Shown: positions 16,266 to 23,522, counted from the first letter of the stretch. The stretch is DNA of 32,000 nt from Candidatus Saccharimonas aalborgensis (GCF_000392435.1 NC_021219.1:930001-962000), one strand, 5' to 3'. The notes: generated by a model not told the origin, from the letters alone. Made by a program: numbers and translations.

Positions 16266-17162
16266 TCACATTGCTGAGTGATTGTCAGTACCGACCGCAG
16301 CTCTCGCCCGTTCGTGTTTGAGCAACTGCTCGAGGCAATGTACGCCAGTGGTGACTACTTGTATATGCTCATCTATTTCGGCACTATGTGGTGCTCGGCT
16401 ACGGTTGTAGTGAGTGAAGAAGTGAGGTGCGATCATCGTTTTGCCGGCGGTAAAGGCGTGTTGTTCAACCTCAGTTGCTGCGGCTCTAGTTAACTCGTTG
16501 TAGGCACGCTTATCCATCCATTCGAGCTTTTTCATATCGTCGATAGCACTCAATAGCGATGATCGGCGTAAAAATTCTACCCCTATCTCTCTTGCCCGAC
16601 TAAGCTGTTGTTCGGTAGTCGGGGACATTTCTGGGTCGGCCATGAGTATGTCACCGAGTGACCTCTCGTCGATGCCCTTGGGGTGTCCCTCTGGGTGAGC
16701 CAGGCGTAGATTCCAACCGTAGTAGGCGTAAGGAAACATCTCGGGCACTTCCTGCTCATCAAGTTTTCCACGTAATACCTCTGCTTGTGAGGCTGCGTCT
16801 ATCAGCTCTAAATCATCTGGTGTTTCATAGACACTACGGACAAAAACTTCATCATCAGGAGCTGGTCCATAGTGAACGGGTGCTCCTGAGGAGACGTAGT
16901 AGTTTTGAATATCGTAGTTTGCAAAGTCAAATGTTCGCGGTAGCACGACTGAGTATGCGGCGGCGTTTTTGAACCCCTCGCCCCGTGGCATATATACTGT
17001 GTCGCCCTGCTGGTATTGAGTAAGGATTGCGCCCTTAGGCCCCACTGTTGCCGAGGCTAGCTCAAGCCTAACCCATTGAGGACTCGTTGGCTTCACGTCG
17101 ACCCACGCCACGCGTTTGCCGGCATCATCTTCACTATATCTCCTTAAAACTCGTTCAGCCAT
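16266..17162 (-). CDS. Hypothetical protein (298 aa)
   Basis: Clean ORF with SD AAGGAG 10 nt upstream of the ATG. No motif recognised. Confidence 0.7.
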   Translation of the reverse strand: MAERVLRRYSEDDAGKRVAWVDVKPTSPQWVRLELASATVGPKGAILTQYQQGDTVYMPRGEGFKNAAAYSVVLPRTFDFANYDIQNYYVSSGAPVHYGPAPDDEVFVRSVYETPDDLELIDAASQAEVLRGKLDEQEVPEMFPYAYYGWNLRLAHPEGHPKGIDERSLGDILMADPEMSPTTEQQLSRAREIGVEFLRRSSLLSAIDDMKKLEWMDKRAYNELTRAAATEVEQHAFTAGKTMIAPHFFTHYNRSRAPHSAEIDEHIQVVTTGVHCLEQLLKHERARAAVGTDNHSAM

Positions 17163-17240
17163 ATCGGCAATACTCCTTGCTCTTGCGTATCTAATTGATT
17201 GTTATTGTACCATGATGCACGCGAAAGTCAATAAACAACA

Positions 17241-17269
17241 TTGACAAATATGCTTAAAAATGCTATTAT
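17241..17269 (+). promoter_or_regulatory. Sigma-70-type promoter for the 17324 gene
   Basis: TTGACA - 17 nt - TATTAT in an AT-rich spacer. The ATG is about 55 nt downstream. Confidence 0.55.
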
Positions 17270-17323
17270 GATAATAACGTCTACAGTCCTAGATGCACCT
17301 CTCTATCACGGAAGGAAAACCTG

Positions 17324-18031
17324 ATGAACACGTCTCGTCGCGTTGTTGGCCGCTACGCGGCCCTGGGACTCGTCCTGGGCCTCGTCGTGCTTGGCGTTTT
17401 TTGGGTGTTGTTCCAGCCCCTCCGCGGGGCTAGCACCCAGAAGCCACCGCTCGGCTCGGCCACGGTCACCCAGACTGTGGCCCCGACCAGCGAGACCACC
17501 ATTCCGGTGACGTCCTCGACTGCCCCAGTGAGTACCTCGCCGACCACCGTCACCGCGACGACGTCGCAGACGACGGTTGCCCCGACGACATCCGCCGCCG
17601 TACGGACCACCAGCACCGCTCCGGTGGTGTCGCGGGTGTTTAACCGTTACACCATCAACTTCCCCGCTGGTACGACGATGGTCGGTAGCCAGACCGGCAA
17701 GTGGGGTGAGGTCCGTACGACCTACCACACCCCGGCCGGCGAGCAGATCATGACCATCGCCTTTTCCGCCGACTTCCGTTGGCGGGACTACAGCGAGGAG
17801 CTGACGGCCAAGTGCCCGAGTGCCACCGAGGGCCCGCAGACCCCCATCAACTGGGGTGGGTCCTACAAGGGTGGCTACACCGCCTGGGACCGCTCCAAGT
17901 GCGACCAGGGACCGTTGGTGACGTTCACCACCTTCTCGGAGGTGGAGAACGTGGCGGTGGTGCAGTTCAGGGTGGCCAAGCCGGCCCCCTGGCTGGTCAG
18001 GGCCATCGAGAAGGCCGACTGGAAGGAGTAA
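17324..18031 (+). CDS. GC-rich membrane-anchored or secreted protein. N-terminal TM helix, Thr/Ser/Pro-rich linker, globular C-terminal domain.
   Basis: MNTSRRVVGRYAALGLVLGLVVLGVFWVLF, then TVAPTSETTIPVTSSTAPVSTSPTTVTATTSQTTVAPTTS, then a Cys-containing domain. SD GGAAGGAAAA is present. A 60-nt sample at 17461-17520 is 40/60 G+C. Confidence 0.7.
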   Translation: MNTSRRVVGRYAALGLVLGLVVLGVFWVLFQPLRGASTQKPPLGSATVTQTVAPTSETTIPVTSSTAPVSTSPTTVTATTSQTTVAPTTSAAVRTTSTAPVVSRVFNRYTINFPAGTTMVGSQTGKWGEVRTTYHTPAGEQIMTIAFSADFRWRDYSEELTAKCPSATEGPQTPINWGGSYKGGYTAWDRSKCDQGPLVTFTTFSEVENVAVVQFRVAKPAPWLVRAIEKADWKE

Positions 18032-18070
18032 CGTCCTTCCCGGGACGCGCATCATCACTTCCTTCCACTC

Positions 18071-18108
18071 ACCCCTCGTCCGTACACTCGGACGAGGGGT
18101 CTTCTCGT
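18071..18108 (+). terminator. GC-rich hairpin terminator after the 17324-18031 gene
   Basis: ACCCCTCGTCCG - TACACT - CGGACGAGGGGT, a perfect 12-bp stem. The tail CTTCTCGT has only a weak U tract. Confidence 0.55.
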
Positions 18109-18229
18109 ATGATGGGGTATATAAAATCACTATAACGAAGAAACCCGTCGAGAGACGGAGCGAGCCGATGGTTCGGCGGGCTTCTTCGTCCTTCGACGGG
18201 TAGGGGTCAGTGGTGAAGTGAGCTGTTGC

Positions 18230-18424
18230 TCACCTCGCGGCGTTGTCGTCCGCGAGGCCTTCGGCGTTACCCCACGTCTGCTCCAGCAGACGGATGTTGC
18301 GCAAGATTGCGGTCTCTCTCTGGCGAGAGAAGCGGGAGTAGCGCTGACGCAGCAGGATGGCGGTGCCAGCCGCCACGGCGGCGCCCATGCTGACACCGAC
18401 GATGACCTTGGTGTGCTTGCTCAT
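18230..18424 (-). CDS. GC-rich small protein (64 aa) with one hydrophobic helix
   Basis: MSKHTKVIVGVSMGAAVAAGTAILLRQRY.... SD GAGGAA is present, and the promoter TTTACA-17-TACAAT lies upstream. Confidence 0.5.
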   Translation of the reverse strand: MSKHTKVIVGVSMGAAVAAGTAILLRQRYSRFSRQRETAILRNIRLLEQTWGNAEGLADDNAAR

Positions 18425-18467
18425 GAAGTGTTCCTCATCTCTCTGCTCGGAAAAACTGACAAAATAT

Positions 18468-18496
18468 ATTGTAGAACAAAAGAATTATATTGTAAA
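18468..18496 (-). promoter_or_regulatory. Sigma-70-type promoter for the 18230-18424 gene
   Basis: Minus strand reads TTTACA - 17 nt - TACAAT. Confidence 0.45.
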
Positions 18497-18502
18497 TACT
18501 AC

Positions 18503-18627
18503 ACCCGACTCTCACCCCCTCCCCACTCCAGACAACCGGCCCGCCGCAAACTGATTAGCCTTCGCCTTGGCGGGCCTTGGCCCATCAGGGCCAACTGTCT
18601 GTCGGGGGAGGGTTTTGAGATTTAGGT
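18503..18627 (+). repeat. Structured inverted-repeat element, copy C
   Basis: Same core as copies A and B. The left arm ACCCGACTCTCA equals the reverse complement of the right arm of copy B. The right arm TGAGATTTAGGT equals the right arm of copy A. Confidence 0.8.
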
Positions 18628-18632
18628 TCATA

Positions 18633-18669
18633 CGAAAAACGCCTCCGAAATCTATCGGGGGCTTTTTCG
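18633..18669 (-). terminator. Bidirectional intrinsic terminator downstream of the 18686-18922 gene
   Basis: CGAAAAAC GCCTCCGA AATCTA TCGGGGGC TTTTTCG. The 5' flank ATACGAAAAACGCCTCCGAAAT matches the 79-nt module ATACGAAAAAGGCCACCGAAAT at 20 of 22 positions. Confidence 0.7.
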
Positions 18670-18685
18670 TCCTCACTATCTCGAG

Positions 18686-18922
18686 CTAGCACACGCTGAG
18701 AAGCGTCCAACCACTTCCCTGAGCTCGCAGACAAAAGTTTTGGCTGCCGTCACTCATGGTGACTGTACTCCAGATACGTTCACCGCGACGGATGGTGGTG
18801 CGGATACCTCTATCGATAAAACAATAGGTGCGACCTCGCCATTCCATGCGCGTCGGGTAGGTGCTCATACCGGGCCCAAACCCTACAGCGGTGATAGAAA
18901 CAGGACTGTTAATTGATTTCAT
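18686..18922 (-). CDS. Small hypothetical protein (78 aa)
   Basis: SD AGGAGAG lies 7 nt upstream of the ATG. Sequence ...YPTRMEWRGRTYCFIDRG...GSGWTLLSVC. Its own terminator follows. Confidence 0.55.
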   Translation of the reverse strand: MKSINSPVSITAVGFGPGMSTYPTRMEWRGRTYCFIDRGIRTTIRRGERIWSTVTMSDGSQNFCLRAQGSGWTLLSVC

Positions 18923-19207
18923 AGCATACTCTCCTATGGATTAGTGTTTGATAAGTGGTGGAGTATGAACGACAAGGCCTTTTGTCCGCCCCACTTTGTA
19001 GCGGTACAATCGTTTGCCTGAAGTCGTGAGTTTGTGGAGGTTCACCCGCGTGGATGAGCCTGGTGCGATAGACGGTTTGGCTGTGGAAACGCTCTTAGCT
19101 AAGAACGAGTACGACCATAACCTATATATAGTATAGCGCGGCGATTAGGTGCGTCGTCAACACTAGTAATTTATGGGTTTTGTGGTGAAAACAGATCGTG
19201 AAAATAC

Positions 19208-20062
19208 TTAGGAATAATCGCCGCCCGTGATGTCGTAATATGCCTCGAGTGTTTTGAGGTTTTTGGCTTTCATATCAAGAGCAACGGTGCGGCCAACATA
19301 TCGCCAATGCCACGGTTCGGGTGAATAGCCAGTGATTGGGGTCATGCCCTGTTGATACCGTTCAATGAACCCATACTCAGCAGCGTGAGCTTGCAGCCAG
19401 GTATACGCTGGGGTGCTGGCAAAACACTCCAGCGCGCAATTTCCCGCCTTGACATCTATCGCCAGCCCCGTTTGGTGCTCGCTATAGCCAGGGCGCGCGC
19501 GTGTACTATCGGCCAAGGCCGTAGTTCCGGTGATATTAACACCTTCATTGTAGGTCGCTATCTGGTTGTCATAGGAACGAAACGCACTGGTAAGCGAGAT
19601 AGTTGCGCCAGTTGACCTGATAGTAGAAAGAAGTGACGTAAGTTGCCCAGCCATCTCTTGGCGAACGAAGAACCCTTCGACAAGTGTAAGGTTTTGTGGT
19701 GTCCAGGACTGTGGCTCTATACAGTGCTTTTTGTTTACTACCACTGTGAGCGTCGCTGGTGATGAGATATCACAGGGAGTTTCGGTCGGCACCGGATCAT
19801 GTGCGACGAACTGTTGGAGTTGGGTTGCCGCTTGTCTCTCACGCGATTGGGCTTTGTCAAGTTTTTGCTGCAAGAGCGTCCGTATATTTGCATCGATGAG
19901 CGCAAAGTCTCGCTGCTGAGCTGCATGTCGCTGTGTATCTTGGGCTCGCTGCCACAGATCGATACAAAAAAGTCCACCGAGCAGAAGTGCGGTGAACAGT
20001 ACGAGCGCTATGGGCAGTCGAGGGATACGTTGAGAGGCAGCAGATTTCTTCTTTGTTGGCAT
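19208..20062 (-). CDS. D-alanyl-D-alanine carboxypeptidase, VanY / peptidase M15B family, membrane anchored
   Basis: LTSAFRSYDNQ, ARPGYSEHQTGLAIDV and EPWHWRYVG motifs, with an N-terminal TM helix. The ATG at 20062 (MPTKKKS) is preferred over the ORF-track start at 20140. Confidence 0.85.
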   Translation of the reverse strand: MPTKKKSAASQRIPRLPIALVLFTALLLGGLFCIDLWQRAQDTQRHAAQQRDFALIDANIRTLLQQKLDKAQSRERQAATQLQQFVAHDPVPTETPCDISSPATLTVVVNKKHCIEPQSWTPQNLTLVEGFFVRQEMAGQLTSLLSTIRSTGATISLTSAFRSYDNQIATYNEGVNITGTTALADSTRARPGYSEHQTGLAIDVKAGNCALECFASTPAYTWLQAHAAEYGFIERYQQGMTPITGYSPEPWHWRYVGRTVALDMKAKNLKTLEAYYDITGGDYS

Positions 20063-20095
20063 TGTTCTTAGTATACCGCTTTTGGTGGGCGGTGT

Positions 20096-20132
20096 GCGCA
20101 GGAAGGGAGTTAAAGTACCTCCCCTCCTGCGC
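20096..20132 (-). terminator. Tail-less GC hairpin after the 20151-20570 gene
   Basis: Minus strand reads GCGCAGGAGGGGAG - 9-nt loop - CTCCCTTCCTGCGC, a 14-bp stem with one G-U pair. No U tract follows. Confidence 0.4.
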
Positions 20133-20150
20133 GAAAACAACCACGCGGGA

Positions 20151-20570
20151 CTACATCATTTTCAGCCGGGTTTCCATGATGCCGATCGCCTTTCGGACCG
20201 CCTGGATGTAGTCCAGGTAGGCCTGAATGGACAGGGTGACGCTCCGAAGAGCAGTGACTGCGTCCATCTCATCGTGAGCACGCAGACACAGCTCGGTGCT
20301 CATCACGGTGAGCTGTGCGACGATCTCGTCGACGATGGCACTTCCTGCCGCAGGGAGGGTGCCGACCTTGATGCGGTAGGCACAGGCTCGCAGCAGATCA
20401 CGCACTCGCGTCATCTCTGCATGCAGATTGGTGAAGTAGTTGATGATGGGCGCGTCACGCTGCGTATCGCGCGCCTGGGCGATGCGGTCAAGCGTCGGTG
20501 ACATGGAGTGGGCTGCAGTAGTCAGTGCTTGTCGCTGCTTTTCGTTGATCATGACCTGCACGGACATCAT
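20151..20570 (-). CDS. GC-rich helical hypothetical protein (139 aa)
   Basis: SD AAAGGGGA is present. The sequence looks all-helical. It has its own AT-rich promoter-like spacer (TTGCTT-17-TATAGT). Confidence 0.6.
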   Translation of the reverse strand: MMSVQVMINEKQRQALTTAAHSMSPTLDRIAQARDTQRDAPIINYFTNLHAEMTRVRDLLRACAYRIKVGTLPAAGSAIVDEIVAQLTVMSTELCLRAHDEMDAVTALRSVTLSIQAYLDYIQAVRKAIGIMETRLKMM

Positions 20571-20678
20571 CCCCTTTCAGGACGAGTCGATGGGGTGGTT
20601 GCTCCGTCTCAGGAAGAGACGGCTAAAGATACTATAGAATATAACAAAATGTAAAGCAAATATTTCTGATTATGATGC

Positions 20679-20721
20679 GTGGTCGGCGCAGTTCCCCACT
20701 TGGGAGAACTACACCGACCAC
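20679..20721 (-). terminator. Long tail-less hairpin after the 20731-21060 gene
   Basis: GTGGTCGGTGTAGTTCTCCC - AAGT - GGGGAACTGCGCCGACCAC on the minus strand. The stem is about 19 bp including G-U pairs. It lies 10 nt after the stop codon. Confidence 0.4.
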
Positions 20722-20730
20722 ATGCTCGTC

Positions 20731-21060
20731 TCAGCCGGCGTCGGCCGTATTCGAGACAACGAGCGGCTCGTTGACGCTCTCGATGAACGTCGTAACTCGC
20801 GCTGCGACCCTGGACAGGAGCGTCTGGCGCTCCTCTGGGGTTGCGTGCGTCGCCTGCTCGACCGCCGATAGGACCTCTGCTTCGAGGTCATCCACGCTCT
20901 GCCGAACAGTCGCGGTCACCTCCAGGAAGGCAGCGAAGACGTTGCTGAGGCGCTCCTGCGCCGAATCGGCTTGGCTCTTCGCGGTACCGAGGTGGTTGAC
21001 CGCGAGGGCCACCTCTCCTGCTGCTGCCTGCACGGACTTGCGTGAGGGCATGGTTGTCAA
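20731..21060 (-). CDS. GC-rich helical hypothetical protein (about 106-109 aa)
   Basis: The start is either the TTG at 21060 (5 nt after GAAGGGAG) or the ATG at 21051. The sequence is Ala/Glu/Val-rich and helical. There is no Trp, so it is not a canonical WXG100 protein. Confidence 0.55.
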   Translation of the reverse strand: MTTMPSRKSVQAAAGEVALAVNHLGTAKSQADSAQERLSNVFAAFLEVTATVRQSVDDLEAEVLSAVEQATHATPEERQTLLSRVAARVTTFIESVNEPLVVSNTADAG

Positions 21061-21148
21061 GGGGACTCCCTTCGTTTGGTGCTACGGACCGTTCCGTAGC
21101 GAGCATCAGTAACTATATCAGATTAGAAGTACTACGTCAAACAATAAT

Positions 21149-21225
21149 TGGTCGGGGTGACTGGATTTGAACCGGCGACCTCACCGTCCCGAACGGTGCG
21201 CGCTACCAAACTGCGCCACACCCCG
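21149..21225 (-). tRNA. tRNA-Pro (anticodon CGG), CCA encoded
   Basis: Reverse complement is CGGGGTG TG GCGC AGTTTGGTA GCGC G CACCG TTCGGGA CGGTG AGGTC GCCGG TTCAAAT CCAGT CACCCCG ACCA. This is a full cloverleaf. The T stem contains one C-A mismatch. Confidence 0.9.
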
Positions 21226-21374
21226 ATATGTTCACTATACGCTAGATGATCGTGAGAAATCTAGAGTTCTCACTAATCGCCGGCTTCAGATATAGCATTT
21301 TATGAAAAATATGGTATAATTTGTCCAGCTCTTCTACAATTTATTCCTTCTCTCACGGATTGAGGTGAAATCTC

Positions 21375-22214
21375 ATGAACAAGACGCAGAAGCCAAAGCT
21401 CAGCGGCTTCCGCAAGAAGGCGGCCGAGGGGTTCCTGCTCGGCGCCGTCGTGATCTCCCTCTTCCCGTGGGCGATTACGCGCTGGGTAGTGATCCCGGCT
21501 GTCTGGCTCCTTCTCGTGCTGGAGCTGGCCAACGTCTCATCTTGGCACAACAAGCTCTGGGACAGGCTACCATGGCGGGCGCGGCTCCTGATGGATCGAC
21601 CCCAGTGTCCCGGTGCATCAAACCGGATCCTGCCGCTGTTTGTCGTCATGACGACGGGGCTGGCGGTATCGATACTGTGGCTCTACTCTTCATGGCAATT
21701 CCTTCTCGTGTTGTTGATCAACGCCGTCTTTACCGATGTGTGGGCCCAGGTGGGTGGCATGTTGGCCAAGAAGCGTGCCATTCGTCAGGGTCGCGCTGCT
21801 CCGAAGCAATTCTCTCCTGACTCGCCCAACAAGACATGGGTAGGTGTGGTGAGTGGACTTGTCGGTGGCGCGCTCAGCGGGTTCGTTGCCGCGTGGGTGC
21901 TGGTGACATTCTGCGGGCTGGGAATCTCGTGGTTCGCTTACCCGCTCATGCTGGGAGGCCCGATCGTGGTGGTCCTGGGCGACCTCTTTGAGAGCCGCCT
22001 CAAGCGCGAGGTAGAAATCAAGGACCTGAGTCGGTTCTTTGGCTCCCACGGTGGGGCCTGTGACCGGCTTGATGGTCTGGCATCCTACCTCGCGACGGTG
22101 GCATTGACCATTTACGCGCTGATTTACTGGCCGTGGTGGACCTGGCTGCTCGTTGCTGCCTGGGATGCAATCGTCATTTGTGAGCTCATGCGCCCACGTC
22201 GGCGCACGACCTGA
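21375..22214 (+). CDS. cdsA: Phosphatidate cytidylyltransferase (CDP-diglyceride synthase) family protein, GC-rich
   Basis: SPNKTWVGVVSGLVGG and GDLFESRLKREVEIKDLSRFFGSHGGACDRLD signature, with multiple TM helices. SD GAGGTGA is present, and the extended -10 TGGTATAAT lies at 21312-21320. Confidence 0.8.
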   Translation: MNKTQKPKLSGFRKKAAEGFLLGAVVISLFPWAITRWVVIPAVWLLLVLELANVSSWHNKLWDRLPWRARLLMDRPQCPGASNRILPLFVVMTTGLAVSILWLYSSWQFLLVLLINAVFTDVWAQVGGMLAKKRAIRQGRAAPKQFSPDSPNKTWVGVVSGLVGGALSGFVAAWVLVTFCGLGISWFAYPLMLGGPIVVVLGDLFESRLKREVEIKDLSRFFGSHGGACDRLDGLASYLATVALTIYALIYWPWWTWLLVAAWDAIVICELMRPRRRTT

Positions 22215-22234
22215 GGAGGAAACAAGAAAGAGCA

Positions 22235-22268
22235 ACTCGGGTGTCCCAGCACCCGAGTCTTTCTTTAT
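22235..22268 (+). terminator. Intrinsic terminator after cdsA-like gene
   Basis: ACTCGGGTG - TCCCAG - CACCCGAGT followed by CTTTCTTTATCT. Confidence 0.65.
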
Positions 22269-22358
22269 CTGGGTCTCAAAGTCTCTTTTGATTGACAAAA
22301 TACAAATAAAAGTATACTATACCTATACCTAACCCCGAGTAGAATAAGAGGACTCCTT

Positions 22359-22886
22359 ATGGGACGTTTCGAGGCTCCGAATGGGCACGACTTCTGGCTC
22401 GTCCAGGAAATCTGCTTCAATCCAGACAACCCAGGGTCATGGAACTTCATGTACACACTGTCGGCCACCCCGATGGCCGCCACGGAGTTCCAGGGTGGCC
22501 GACTCGAGCAAGAGCTGGCCAGCCTGCGCATTGAGCACCCCGGTGAGTTTATTACCATGGGGGCTGTTATCAGCGTTGCTGATGTCAGCCGGACCGTGTT
22601 CTTTGTCTGCCCTATTCAGCCCCTGAGAGGGCTCGTGGACGACTTTGACCACTGGTTCCGTGATCCGACGGAGGTCATCCACCGGACCAAGGTCCCGACC
22701 CGGTTCGGACACGCGTTCCTCGATAGGCAGCACCTCCACGGTGTCAACGCAGTCGACAGCGGATCGTACAATGGCCGCGTCGTCGCCTGGTGGTCGCTCG
22801 AGGACCACACGTTCTGGACTCTCGATCCCAGAATCGCGCGGCAGATCTGCTCGTGGCTTAACAGAGAGGAATCCACCAAGGGGTAA
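22359..22886 (+). CDS. GC-rich hypothetical protein (175 aa)
   Basis: ORF with GC-rich codon usage and an AT-rich upstream spacer. No motif recognised. Confidence 0.6.
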   Translation: MGRFEAPNGHDFWLVQEICFNPDNPGSWNFMYTLSATPMAATEFQGGRLEQELASLRIEHPGEFITMGAVISVADVSRTVFFVCPIQPLRGLVDDFDHWFRDPTEVIHRTKVPTRFGHAFLDRQHLHGVNAVDSGSYNGRVVAWWSLEDHTFWTLDPRIARQICSWLNREESTKG

Positions 22887-22913
22887 GCAAACCCCGCACT
22901 GCATTCACAAGCT

Positions 22914-22952
22914 CATGATGAGACCCCGGATGCGCTGCGGGGTCTCATCATG
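22914..22952 (+). terminator. Perfect 15-bp tail-less hairpin after the 22359-22886 gene
   Basis: CATGATGAGACCCCG ... CGGGGTCTCATCATG. No U tract follows. Confidence 0.45.
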
Positions 22953-22964
22953 CCTAATATCAGA

Positions 22965-23000
22965 ACTACCTCTCTGGTATAGAGAGGTAGTCCTTTTTTT
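22965..23000 (+). terminator. Canonical intrinsic terminator, possibly bidirectional (rplK ends at 23014)
   Basis: ACTACCTCTCT - GGTAT - AGAGAGGTAGT followed by CCTTTTTTT. Confidence 0.75.
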
Positions 23001-23013
23001 GAAAACGAACTGA

Positions 23014-23439
23014 TTAGTCGGTGACTTCGACGCCCATACTGCGGGCGGTACCAGCGATGACCTTGACCGCACCATCCATGTCGATGGCATTGAGCTGTTT
23101 CATCTTGGTTTCAGCGATTTCCTCGAGTTGTTTACGAGAGATTTTGCCGACTTTCTCGGTGTGCGGTTTGCCGCTGCCTTTTTTGATGCCGATCTTTTCG
23201 CGAATCATGTCGTCAACGGGTTGACCGAGACTTTTCCACGCAAAGGTGCGATCTTCGAACACCTGAATGTGAACGATGACGTCCTTGCCCATCATATCTT
23301 TGGTTGCTTCGTTGAATGGATTGATAAAATCCATCATGTTGAGGCCCCACTGACCGAGCGTGCTTCCGACTGGAGGACCAGCGGTGGCGCGACCTGCGGG
23401 GATGCGGAGCTTCAAGTTACCGATAACTTGTTTTGCCAT
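23014..23439 (-). CDS. rplK: 50S ribosomal protein L11
   Basis: 141 aa. IKLRIPAGRATAGPPVGSTLGQWGLNMMDF...KGSGKPHTEKVGKISRKQLEEIAETK. Confidence 0.97.
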   Translation of the reverse strand: MAKQVIGNLKLRIPAGRATAGPPVGSTLGQWGLNMMDFINPFNEATKDMMGKDVIVHIQVFEDRTFAWKSLGQPVDDMIREKIGIKKGSGKPHTEKVGKISRKQLEEIAETKMKQLNAIDMDGAVKVIAGTARSMGVEVTD

Positions 23440-23522
23440 AGTTTGATTAACTTTCCTTGATTACTAAATATAATGTGAAGCAAATATTTAGTGCGTAACA
23501 GATGAATTATACCTGATCGGGG

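Noticed and set aside
17306-18130. 274-aa minus-strand ORF, plus the 118-aa ORF at 17779-18135 on the plus strand, overlapping the 17324-18031 gene.
   Set aside because: Arg/Gly/Pro-rich low-complexity translation typical of the antisense or off frame of high-GC coding DNA. There is no SD. The plus-strand 235-aa ORF has a promoter, SD, signal-anchor and terminator.
4004-18627. Whether the repeated elements (79-nt pair, 125-nt triplet) could be a CRISPR array.
   Set aside because: Only two or three copies with irregular spacing (458 nt, 295 nt, 11.5 kb). The repeats are far longer than CRISPR repeats, and protein genes lie between them. No cas genes are present.
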